From a virus (lineage: Duplodnaviria; Caudoviricetes): DNA of 37,480 bases. The DNA is taken from IMG/VR virus record IMGVR_UViG_3300031990_000005, positions 1 through 37,480 of that record. One strand, written 5' to 3'. The position numbers and the translations under genes were made by a program. This document shows, piece by piece, positions 28,958 to 35,530 of this stretch. The notes under the pieces are model-generated. The model did not search any database. It was given only the letters and a program-made list of their open reading frames with translations, and was not told the origin of the DNA. Position 1 is the stretch's first letter. Each line of letters begins with the position of its first letter.

Positions 28958-29314
28958 CTACTTGACGATCTTGACGTAGACCGAAAGACCCCTTTCTCGG
29001 GCCACCTTGATCATGTGCTCGGTCCCCTTGCTCCCTCCGTCCCACACAGCAACCAAAGCATCGGCGTTGTGGGCCATGTCTACGTTGCGGATGAAGCCCG
29101 CGCGGCGGCCGTGCTCGATCCAGTTGGCAGGGTAAGCAACGACGCGAACGCCGGACTTTCGCGCAATGACAGCACCTACCGTGTCCACGCCACGGGCGCA
29201 CCCGCTCAGCACAACGGTTGGGTTGATCGCCTCGAATAGGAATGCCTCGCGCAGCGCGGTACGGACTACCGCCTCGTCGGTGATGGTGCGAGATCCAGCG
29301 ACAATGACACGCAT
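28958..29314 (-). CDS. SLOG-family (DUF2493/YspA-like) protein
   Basis: MRVIVAGSR, VLSGCARGVD, AGFIRNVDMAHNADALVAVWDGGSKGTEHMI. Confidence 0.85.
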   Translation of the reverse strand: MRVIVAGSRTITDEAVVRTALREAFLFEAINPTVVLSGCARGVDTVGAVIARKSGVRVVAYPANWIEHGRRAGFIRNVDMAHNADALVAVWDGGSKGTEHMIKVARERGLSVYVKIVK

Positions 29315-29571
29315 CAGCGGTCCGCCTGGTAGATCAACAGGTTGAACTTCTCGGCCGCCTGCAGGAGGTGTTCGTTCTCACCGATGCAGATCAGTGCATC
29401 GGCATTGATCACCATCCGCCAGTGCTGCTGCCGAACACCAGCCTCACCGCCGACCATCGGGTCGACAGGGCGGGTTTTGTCGGTGATGAACTCGGTCGGC
29501 TCGATACCAGAGAACAGGGACGCGTCGGCCAGGTGCGCTTTGGTGACGGGGCCGTAGGTGATCGTTTTCAT
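29314..29571 (-). CDS. Hypothetical protein, possibly a reduced SLOG-like paralog
   Basis: From ATG at 29571 (MKTITYG...). RMVINADALICIG..HLLQAAEKFNLLIY echoes the neighbour's C-terminus. Confidence 0.55.
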   Translation of the reverse strand: MKTITYGPVTKAHLADASLFSGIEPTEFITDKTRPVDPMVGGEAGVRQQHWRMVINADALICIGENEHLLQAAEKFNLLIYQADR

Positions 29572-29798
29572 GTCGCCACCATCGCCAACTTGACTTTTCC
29601 ACCTGAGTGCAACTCGCGGTCCCACGCGTTGACCAACGCCATCGGGTCGACACCGGGTCGAGCGTGCACGTGCACGCTGTTGAACGTGAACACCATGTCG
29701 CACCGCAACTGGTTGGCCATTCGTACAGCGCCGGCGCACGCGCTCTCGATGTCAGTGCCAGGCGGAAATTCCAGGCGGATTGCTGGGTTGTCGTTCAT
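29568..29798 (-). CDS. Hypothetical phage protein
   Basis: 76 aa, SD CAGGAG, ATGA overlaps on both sides. Confidence 0.65.
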   Translation of the reverse strand: MNDNPAIRLEFPPGTDIESACAGAVRMANQLRCDMVFTFNSVHVHARPGVDPMALVNAWDRELHSGGKVKLAMVAT

Positions 29799-29962
29799 GC
29801 TGTGTACTCCTGAACCAGGAACTCTTCGGCATCGTCCGACCCTTCAGGCAGGACCCGGTAGTCGTCGCTCATGTGGGTGTAGTCGCCGGCGTCCTCGCGG
29901 AAGCACCAGGTGTCGTCGGGCCAGACGAAAATGTCGAGGTTGGATGCGGGGCGGATGTTCAC
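29795..29962 (-). CDS. Small hypothetical protein (55 aa, not in the ORF track)
   Basis: GTG start overlapping the excisionase-like stop. MNIRPASNLDIFVWPDDTWCFREDAGDYTHMSDDYRVLPEGSDDAEEFLVQEYTA; ATGA overlap with the next gene. Confidence 0.65.
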   Translation of the reverse strand: MNIRPASNLDIFVWPDDTWCFREDAGDYTHMSDDYRVLPEGSDDAEEFLVQEYTA

Positions 29963-30159
29963 GCCACCCCCAGCAGCTTGCGGATTTCAGCCACTGGCCA
30001 GGCGAGCCGACCGCCGATGTTGCGCGGGGCGATCGGGCCGGTGCTCTTGCAGGCCCACAGGCGCAGGGTCGCCGGCTGGCGGTCGAGGTAGTGGGCCGCC
30101 TGCGCGGTGCCGACGGTGACCTGATCAATTCGGTCGATGGGTGGGAAAACTGCTGCCAT
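29959..30159 (-). CDS. Excisionase/AlpA-like HTH DNA-binding protein
   Basis: From ATG at 30159 with SD AAAGGA. TAQAAHYLDRQPATLRLWAC...PRNIGGRLAWPVAEIRKLL; adjacent to the integrase remnant. Confidence 0.8.
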   Translation of the reverse strand: MAAVFPPIDRIDQVTVGTAQAAHYLDRQPATLRLWACKSTGPIAPRNIGGRLAWPVAEIRKLLGVA

Positions 30160-30241
30160 TTGCGAGATCCTTTGTGTTGTAGGTGCTCGGTAAGCACCTT
30201 TCAACACAGATCATATCGCAAATGCTCAACTGTGTGCGAAT

Positions 30242-30523
30242 TTATTTCGCAATTGCCAACATGCGTTTTTCACGGGGCTTGTGCACGATGCCTGCTTGGG
30301 CCAGCACCCAAGTCTCGATCGCATCGTGGTGGACACGCAGCAGATCCAGCGGGCGCTCGGTGTAGTGCTTCTCCGCGGTGGCGCTCGGCTTGTGGCCCAT
30401 GATCTGCGCCACCACGATCCAGTAATGCGTCTTGCCGCCACCCTTGCAGGGGTACACGTTGCCCAAGCGCACCGTGGTATCAATCGGCGGCTTAGGCGCT
30501 GGCTGCGGTAGGTTGAATTTCAT
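30242..30523 (-). pseudogene. Chimeric ORF: N-terminus of an unrelated gene fused to the C-terminal remnant of a tyrosine integrase
   Basis: Residues from about 37 onward (30415 downward), VVAQIMGHKPSATAEKHYTERPLDLLR, match the box II H...Y end of phage tyrosine integrases. No box I Arg or HxxR motif is present. Confidence 0.75.
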
Positions 30524-30540
30524 GCTGTCCTCTCGGTAAT

Positions 30541-30594
30541 GCCTAACTGTCGCTTCGAGCGGACTGAGTACAGCCGCTCAAGCTGGCGTTAGAA
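30541..30594 (+). mobile_element. Integron attC-like site 1 (54 bp)
   Basis: R'' GCCTAAC, spacer TGTCG, L'' CTTCGAGC, centre GGACTGAGTACAGCC, L' GCTCAAG, spacer CTGGC, R' GTTAGAA. Confidence 0.85.
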
Positions 30595-31053
30595 CTCTTG
30601 CGCCAGGCTGGCGTACACGTTGTCCCAGAAAATCCGGTCATCGACGCGCAGCAGAAACCCCTCGTTCATGAGGTCGCCGCCAGTGCTGACAATGTGTGCC
30701 GCGCAAGTCCAAGCCTTCGCGGTGTCGGAGTCGGCAGGCTCGCAGCGGTCCAGTTTCTCCAGCGCCAAAAGGTGTTGGCATTCGCGGGTCTTCACACCAA
30801 GACAGCAAGACAAGTGGTTGTCCTTCACCGGGACTGGCGCCTGCATGCTGCATTGCTGGTGCGTCTGTGGCAGCGCGCTCTCGCGCTCCTGGCGGAACAG
30901 CATCACCATCTGCGGCACCTCGTGGGCCATCTTCAGGCCGTCGTACATGAAGCGTGCTTCGCCCCACTCTTGACCGGCAGCGCGCTGGGTGTCTTGATGC
31001 CGATTCACAGCAGCATGCCATTCGTGGTTTAGTGGGTATTTCAATCGGTCCAT
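30589..31053 (-). CDS. Hypothetical Cys/His-rich protein (cassette 1 gene)
   Basis: 154 aa, SD GGAG. Its TAA stop coincides with the TTA of R' in attC 1. Confidence 0.75.
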   Translation of the reverse strand: MDRLKYPLNHEWHAAVNRHQDTQRAAGQEWGEARFMYDGLKMAHEVPQMVMLFRQERESALPQTHQQCSMQAPVPVKDNHLSCCLGVKTRECQHLLALEKLDRCEPADSDTAKAWTCAAHIVSTGGDLMNEGFLLRVDDRIFWDNVYASLAQEF

Positions 31054-31069
31054 GGTGTTCTCCGTTCAG

Positions 31070-31127
31070 TTCTAACTCTGCGCCCCAGCGGGACGCCTAT
31101 CGGCGCCCCTGGGCTTCGGTGTTGGGT
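31070..31127 (+). mobile_element. Integron attC-like site 2 (58 bp)
   Basis: R'' TTCTAAC, TCTGC, L'' GCCCCAGC, centre GGGACGCCTATCGGCGCC, L' CCTGGGC, TTCGGT, R' GTTGGGT. Confidence 0.82.
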
Positions 31128-31681
31128 TTCATGAATGTCACCCAGTGCGTTTTCTGCTGCTTGCCGCTCTTGTGGCCAAACAGTGGCTTGTGTGGCGTCA
31201 GCGCCAGGATGCGCGAAACCGGAATCTCGTCCTCGCACCACTTGAAGATCAACACCCCGTCAGGGCGCAGCACCCGAAAACACTCGGCGAACCCGCCGCG
31301 CAGCATTTCCTGCCAGTCGCCTTTCAGCGTGCCGTACTTCAATCCCACCCAGCCGGTGGCGCCGTTGCGCTCGAAGTGCGGCGGGTCAAACACCACCAGC
31401 GCAAGGGTGTTGTCAGGGAAAGGCAGATCCGTGAAGTCGGCCAGGTGGTCGGGGTCAATCACCAGCTCGCGGCTTCCACCCTTGCTGGAAACGTCCGGGA
31501 GAATGTGCCGCTCGCGGCGCTTGTCAACGAACGTGGCCCGCTGGTCCTTTCGGTCAAACCAAAACATCCGGCTTCCGCAGCAGGCGTCAAGCACTGGCGG
31601 GAAACCCAACTCAACGGTCAACCCGGACAATGCCCGGCGTTCACCGCTCTGGTGTTCTTCAATCGTCTGTTCGCCGGTCAT
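31097..31681 (-). CDS. SAM-dependent methyltransferase, probable amino (N6-A/N4-C) DNA methylase (cassette 2 gene)
   Basis: Motif I VLDACCGSRMFWFD, motif IV-like VVFDPPH, ECFRVLRPDGVLIFKW. Start lies in attC 3 and stop in attC 2. Confidence 0.82.
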   Translation of the reverse strand: MTGEQTIEEHQSGERRALSGLTVELGFPPVLDACCGSRMFWFDRKDQRATFVDKRRERHILPDVSSKGGSRELVIDPDHLADFTDLPFPDNTLALVVFDPPHFERNGATGWVGLKYGTLKGDWQEMLRGGFAECFRVLRPDGVLIFKWCEDEIPVSRILALTPHKPLFGHKSGKQQKTHWVTFMKPNTEAQGRR

Positions 31682-31705
31682 TTCCGGTTACCTCCTGTGT
31701 TATGT
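31604..31705 (+). mobile_element. Integron attC-like site 3 (102 bp)
   Basis: R'' ACCCAAC, TCAAC, L'' GGTCAACC, long imperfect stem, L' GGTTACC, TCCTGT, R' GTTATGT. L'' minus its extra C is the exact complement of L'. Confidence 0.82.
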
Positions 31706-31881
31706 ACCTCGACCGCAATCTCCCACGTCTCGGTAATCATTCGCTCGGCTTCCGCTTTCGTCGGCCACAATCCGCGCTCTTTCATGCTCACGTAAAACTC
31801 GTGGTGGTCATCTTTGACCCACACAAGGCCGCTGGTACAAATGCGCTTTCGCGCCGCAGGTTTCACCATCACTGCAAACAT
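31678..31881 (-). CDS. Hypothetical protein (cassette 3 gene)
   Basis: 67 aa, SD GGGAGG. Stop lies inside attC 3, with an ATGA overlap with the methyltransferase start. Confidence 0.65.
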   Translation of the reverse strand: MFAVMVKPAARKRICTSGLVWVKDDHHEFYVSMKERGLWPTKAEAERMITETWEIAVEVHNTGGNRK

Positions 31882-31882
31882 A

Positions 31883-31960
31883 TCAATCCTCCCGTTGCAT
31901 AACTGTGCTTTCGAGCGGGACGGCTTCGCCGCCCCTCAAAGCGGCGTTGTGCCTGTCCAT
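31883..31960 (-). CDS. 25-aa micro-ORF translated through attC 4
   Basis: MDRHNAALRGGEAVPLESTVMQRED. TGATG overlap with the upstream stop; ends 1 nt before the next ATG. Confidence 0.45.
   Translation of the reverse strand: MDRHNAALRGGEAVPLESTVMQRED
31897..31952 (+). mobile_element. Integron attC-like site 4 (56 bp)
   Basis: R'' GCATAAC, TGTGC, L'' TTTCGAGC, centre GGGACGGCTTCGCCGCC, L' CCTCAAA, GCGGC, R' GTTGTGC. Confidence 0.82.
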
Positions 31961-32172
31961 CACCGCTGCCCTCCAATCTCGGCCGCACGCATGGCCCGCA
32001 AGTGGTCGGCGCCGCAATAGGCATCGCAGTAGCGCACCCCAGGCGGGGTTGGTTCGCCGCATGAGAAACACTGGCCGTTAGCCGGTGGCAATTCAGGCTT
32101 TCGGCTGGCCGCCAGCCGGGCGGGGGCTTCGAGCTCGTCGCGATCGGCTGTCATGTCTGCTTCGTCAGCCAT
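31960..32172 (-). CDS. TraR/DksA-like C4 zinc-finger protein
   Basis: 70 aa. N-terminal ADEAD acidic motif; CFSC...CDAYC. Confidence 0.7.
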   Translation of the reverse strand: MADEADMTADRDELEAPARLAASRKPELPPANGQCFSCGEPTPPGVRYCDAYCGADHLRAMRAAEIGGQR

Positions 32173-32175
32173 CGG

Positions 32176-32451
32176 TCAGATCCCCACACCACTGTTGATC
32201 GCCGACCGCACGGCGTCACGCACCGTATCTGCAGGGGTACCTACCACAGCGTGTGCTGCATCGGTCACCGCCCACTCGCCAGTCTCAAGGTGCTGGACGG
32301 AGTAGCCTGCCTGGTCGAGGAAATCGAGCAGGATGTCGTCATCCGTCGGGCGTTCGTAGGGCACGCCGTTGTTGGTGAGCAGCCACCAGGCCGACAGGAT
32401 GAAAAACGCAATGAGCAACAGCCACGTTGCGATCGGCAGGTAGGTGTTCAT
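32176..32451 (-). CDS. Hypothetical membrane-anchored protein
   Basis: From ATG at 32451 with SD GGAGG/AAGGG; N-terminal TM segment (IATWLLLIAFFILSAWWLL). Confidence 0.6.
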   Translation of the reverse strand: MNTYLPIATWLLLIAFFILSAWWLLTNNGVPYERPTDDDILLDFLDQAGYSVQHLETGEWAVTDAAHAVVGTPADTVRDAVRSAINSGVGI

Positions 32452-33047
32452 GCGGCACCGCCCTTCTGTGCACGGGTGTGGGCTGCCGTCCGCGCACCGT
32501 AGTGCGCCACCTTGTCGGCGTCGTAGACGGGGTTGCCGCCGGCCTTCGCCCGCCCTTGCCGGGCCGCAGCCAGGCGCCACAGGGCCTTGAACGCTTCACC
32601 CTCGTTGAAGGTCATGTTCAGCGCTTCGATGATGTCGGCGCACTCAGCCAGGTAGGGTGCACTCTCGGGATCCACAGGCCGCACGATGTCGACCTGGTAG
32701 TAGTTGGCCTTGCGCTCCAGCTTGCCGCCGCCGCTCGCCACAACTGCCTGCGTGTCGTGAGATTCCTGGATCGCGACTTGCGTGGTTTCGTTCGGGGTGA
32801 TGCCGTTGGGCGCCCGTAGCACCAACTCAACCAGGTCACCCCCGCAACGCCGGCAGGGCTCGCCGGGTGGCAGCGCGTAGCCGTTTTGATTGACCGAATA
32901 GGTGCGGCCGTCCCCCACCTTTAGCACGTTGACCAGATACTTCGGGTCTTCGTCGATGCTGTGCACCGTGACGTGCACCGTGACGTGCACCCCGCTGCGT
33001 GTCCGCCACACCTGGCCGACCTCGATCTTGATTCCGTTCACCGCCAT
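32448..33047 (-). CDS. Hypothetical two-domain phage protein
   Basis: 199 aa, SD CAGGAG. IEVGQVWRTRSG N-terminal domain; C-terminal PYLAECADIIEALNMTFNEGEAFKALWR domain. Confidence 0.7.
   Translation of the reverse strand: MAVNGIKIEVGQVWRTRSGVHVTVHVTVHSIDEDPKYLVNVLKVGDGRTYSVNQNGYALPPGEPCRRCGGDLVELVLRAPNGITPNETTQVAIQESHDTQAVVASGGGKLERKANYYQVDIVRPVDPESAPYLAECADIIEALNMTFNEGEAFKALWRLAAARQGRAKAGGNPVYDADKVAHYGARTAAHTRAQKGGAA
32961..32991. repeat. 12-bp tandem repeat (GTGCACCGTGAC, about 2.5 copies)
   Basis: Directly visible; in frame, encodes VHVTVHVTVH. Confidence 0.85.
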
Positions 33048-33078
33048 CTGATAACTCCTGTTGCGTTTGCGATTGTTT

Positions 33079-33106
33079 ATTTTCGCAAATGCGAACAGAA
33101 AGTCAA
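33079..33106 (-). promoter_or_regulatory. Leftward sigma70-like promoter with an operator palindrome in the spacer
   Basis: Minus strand TTGACT-N16-GAAAAT; palindrome TTCGCA-AA-TGCGAA at 33082-33095; upstream of the accessory operon. Confidence 0.65.
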
Positions 33107-34572
33107 GCAGTTTCTTTCAACCCTTCGATCAGCGCGTCTTGGATCGAGACCTTCGTCGTCAGCCGCTTGACCGCTGACTCTTCGACCGTGCCACGGGCGA
33201 TGATGCGGTGGACTTTCACCACGCGGTCGAAGCCTGCCTGCATCTGGCGTGTCGGGCCGACGCGCTCGATCAACTGAGCATCTTCCTCTGCAAACCAGTT
33301 GGTCGAAAAAATACAGGCGATGCAGCTGTGATACTGCAAGCCGTCAACGCCGTGCCCGATGCTCAGCGGGTGGGCCAGCCACACCAGCCCCTCGCCGCGT
33401 TTAGCAGCCTCCAAGTCGGCGTCTTTACTCAGGTCGAGCGCATCCTTACCGAACACTTTCTTGATCCGCTCCGCGTCGGGCTTGAACCAGTTGGCGACGA
33501 GCACGGGCATGCCGGCGGCCTCTTCGATGACGGACTTCAGCGCCTCGATTTTCTCGTCGTGCGCAAGCACCCATTCTTTCTCGTTTCCGGTGTAGACCGA
33601 CCCGCTGGCGATCTGCAGCAGCTTCTGGCTCTTGGCGCCGGCGGCCAGGGCCTCGATGGTCGTGCCCTGGATCTCGGTCAGCAGGTCGCGGGCCATCTCT
33701 TTGTACTGGCGCATCGCCGCCGGCGGTAGATCGACGTAGATGGGGTTCTGAAAAGGCTCGCGGATGTCGATGTAGTCCTTCAGGTCCACGACCACGGTCA
33801 CATCGCGGATGGCATTCATGATCTGCTCTTGCGCGTAGGGCAGCGGCTCGATCATCTGGCGCGTAGCATCGCTGCCTGGCTTGGCGTAGAACCAGCGCTT
33901 CGAGAAACTGTCGAACGAGTTGCCGAGGCGGTGACCGGTGTCTACGAACCAAGTCTGCCCCCACGCCGCCTCAAGGCCCGACAGCACGAACGTGCCGGTC
34001 AGGTTGACCCATCGGTCCACCCGTGTGTGCGCCACTCGCGCCAAGGCTCGCGCACGACTGGCACCGCTGCCTTTTTTCTTTTTGGCCGTTCCGTCCTCGT
34101 CCACTTTGCCGGCGCCCCGCAGGAATTTTTTGCCGGTCTTGCTGGTTCCGATCGACACCCGCAGGCCGCGCAGCCGCGTACTCTCGTCCACCACCACCAT
34201 GTCGAACGGCCAGTCGGGACCATAGTTGTCGACCAGCCACTCCAGGTTCTCGAAGTTGATCGTGACGATGAACGTCGCGCTGCGGATGGCCGCGTGGCGA
34301 TCGTTTTCGTCACCGATGGCCGTCGCCATGGTCAGGTGACCGAACGATCCACGGAACTTGTGCAGGGTCTCGGGCCAGGTGTACTGCGCCACGCGCTTGG
34401 GGGCGATGATCAGCACCCGTCGGACCTCACCAAACAGGTGAAGAATCGACAGGGCCTCCAAGGTCCCTGCGGTCTTGCCGGACCCCATCCCGGCCAGGAC
34501 GTTGACACGCTTGTTCGTCCTGATGCCGTTGGTGATCGGGGGCTGCCACGGGCGCGGCGTGTACCGACTCAT
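33103..34572 (-). CDS. SNF2-family (SF2) helicase
   Basis: AGMGSGKT, IIAPKRVA, VVVDEST, NLTGT, GHGVDGLQ, QLIERVGPTRQ motifs. Confidence 0.92.
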   Translation of the reverse strand: MSRYTPRPWQPPITNGIRTNKRVNVLAGMGSGKTAGTLEALSILHLFGEVRRVLIIAPKRVAQYTWPETLHKFRGSFGHLTMATAIGDENDRHAAIRSATFIVTINFENLEWLVDNYGPDWPFDMVVVDESTRLRGLRVSIGTSKTGKKFLRGAGKVDEDGTAKKKKGSGASRARALARVAHTRVDRWVNLTGTFVLSGLEAAWGQTWFVDTGHRLGNSFDSFSKRWFYAKPGSDATRQMIEPLPYAQEQIMNAIRDVTVVVDLKDYIDIREPFQNPIYVDLPPAAMRQYKEMARDLLTEIQGTTIEALAAGAKSQKLLQIASGSVYTGNEKEWVLAHDEKIEALKSVIEEAAGMPVLVANWFKPDAERIKKVFGKDALDLSKDADLEAAKRGEGLVWLAHPLSIGHGVDGLQYHSCIACIFSTNWFAEEDAQLIERVGPTRQMQAGFDRVVKVHRIIARGTVEESAVKRLTTKVSIQDALIEGLKETA

Positions 34573-34784
34573 GTCTTCGGTTCAAGCACGTCAGCCACGG
34601 CCCGCAGCTTGGCGGCCACATACTTGTCGAACTCGGGGTCTTTGACGTTCTCGCACTGGGCCACAAGGAACAGCACCACACCGCCGACCGTGACGTCCAG
34701 CGGGGTGCCGTTGGCCAGAACGCCGACTCTGTACGCAATGTCGCGCATGGTCGCGTCGCGTTCCGCTTGTTCGGGTGTGCTCAT
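34569..34784 (-). CDS. Hypothetical protein
   Basis: 71 aa, ATGA overlaps on both sides. Confidence 0.6.
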   Translation of the reverse strand: MSTPEQAERDATMRDIAYRVGVLANGTPLDVTVGGVVLFLVAQCENVKDPEFDKYVAAKLRAVADVLEPKT

Positions 34785-35218
34785 TTTCCGGTGCTCCCGA
34801 AGCCGCCGGCGCCGCGCTCTGTGGTGCTGAGTTCTTCGACTTCGACAAACTCGACACGCTCGATCGGCTCGATGATGCCTTGGGCGATGCGGTCGCCGTG
34901 GTGGACTGCGAATGTGAGGTGGCCGTCGTTCCGCAGCCCAGCCATGACTTCGCCGCGGTAGTCGCTGTCGATCACCCCTACGCAGTTGGCCAACGACACG
35001 CTGTGGTTGTAGCCGTGCCCACTGCGGCTGTAGATGCGCAGCACGTGGCCCGGCGGTACTTCGACAGCGATGCCGGTCGAGATCGGTCGCATCTCACCGG
35101 CGGGGATACCGAGCCAGGTGTCCGGCAGGTCGGCGTAGACGTCGAACGCCGCAGCGCCGTCGGTGCCGTAGGTCGGTGTCTTGGCGGTCTTGGTGAGCTT
35201 TCGGAGTTTGACTTGCAT
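34781..35218 (-). CDS. dut: Trimeric dUTPase
   Basis: AAFDV, SRSG, GVIDSDYRGE, GDRIAQ and RGAGGFGSTG: all five motifs. Confidence 0.96.
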   Translation of the reverse strand: MQVKLRKLTKTAKTPTYGTDGAAAFDVYADLPDTWLGIPAGEMRPISTGIAVEVPPGHVLRIYSRSGHGYNHSVSLANCVGVIDSDYRGEVMAGLRNDGHLTFAVHHGDRIAQGIIEPIERVEFVEVEELSTTERGAGGFGSTGK

Positions 35219-35227
35219 GGTGGTCTT

Positions 35228-35530
35228 TCAGTTGAGTGGAAAATGTTTGTCGATCAGTTCGATCGAGTCGATGACGAGGACCGTCTGGCCGAGGTTGCGC
35301 ATGCGCTCGTGCTCGCGGATCTGGTTGGGTCGGGGCTTCTGGCCGGGGGCTTTGAGCTCGACCCAGACAGTCTGATCAGTCGATTCGTAGTGGTGGTTCA
35401 ACGGTCCCGGCAACATCACTAACTGGTCAGGGGCTCCGTTGCGGCCGATCCACTTGACCTTGCGGCACTCGCCACCCAGCGCCTTGATACGGGCCACCAG
35501 GGCGTCTTCGATCTCAGATTCACGCATCAC
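35228..35530 (-). CDS. VRR-NUC domain nuclease
   Basis: RESEIE...GAPDQLV...WVELKAPG...PNQ PD-(D/E)xK pattern; lies between polymerase and helicase. Confidence 0.88.
   Translation of the reverse strand: MMRESEIEDALVARIKALGGECRKVKWIGRNGAPDQLVMLPGPLNHHYESTDQTVWVELKAPGQKPRPNQIREHERMRNLGQTVLVIDSIELIDKHFPLN

Noticed and set aside
30242-30415. Integrase remnant as the integron integrase IntI
   Set aside because: The sequence AQIMGHKPSATAEKHY differs from the IntI-type QELLGHxDVxTTxIYTH end, and the adjacent excisionase-like gene points to a prophage integrase.
29368-31795. Plus-strand ORFs 29368..30402, 30954..31736 and 31145..31795 as sense-oriented cassette genes
   Set aside because: They have no motifs or SDs and ignore cassette boundaries, whereas the minus-strand genes have SDs, coupling overlaps and recognisable domains.
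30541-31952. attC-like sites as simple terminators, REP elements or CRISPR repeats
   Set aside because: There are no U-tracts, the sequences differ while R/L box geometry is conserved, and the intervals are gene-sized rather than spacer-sized.
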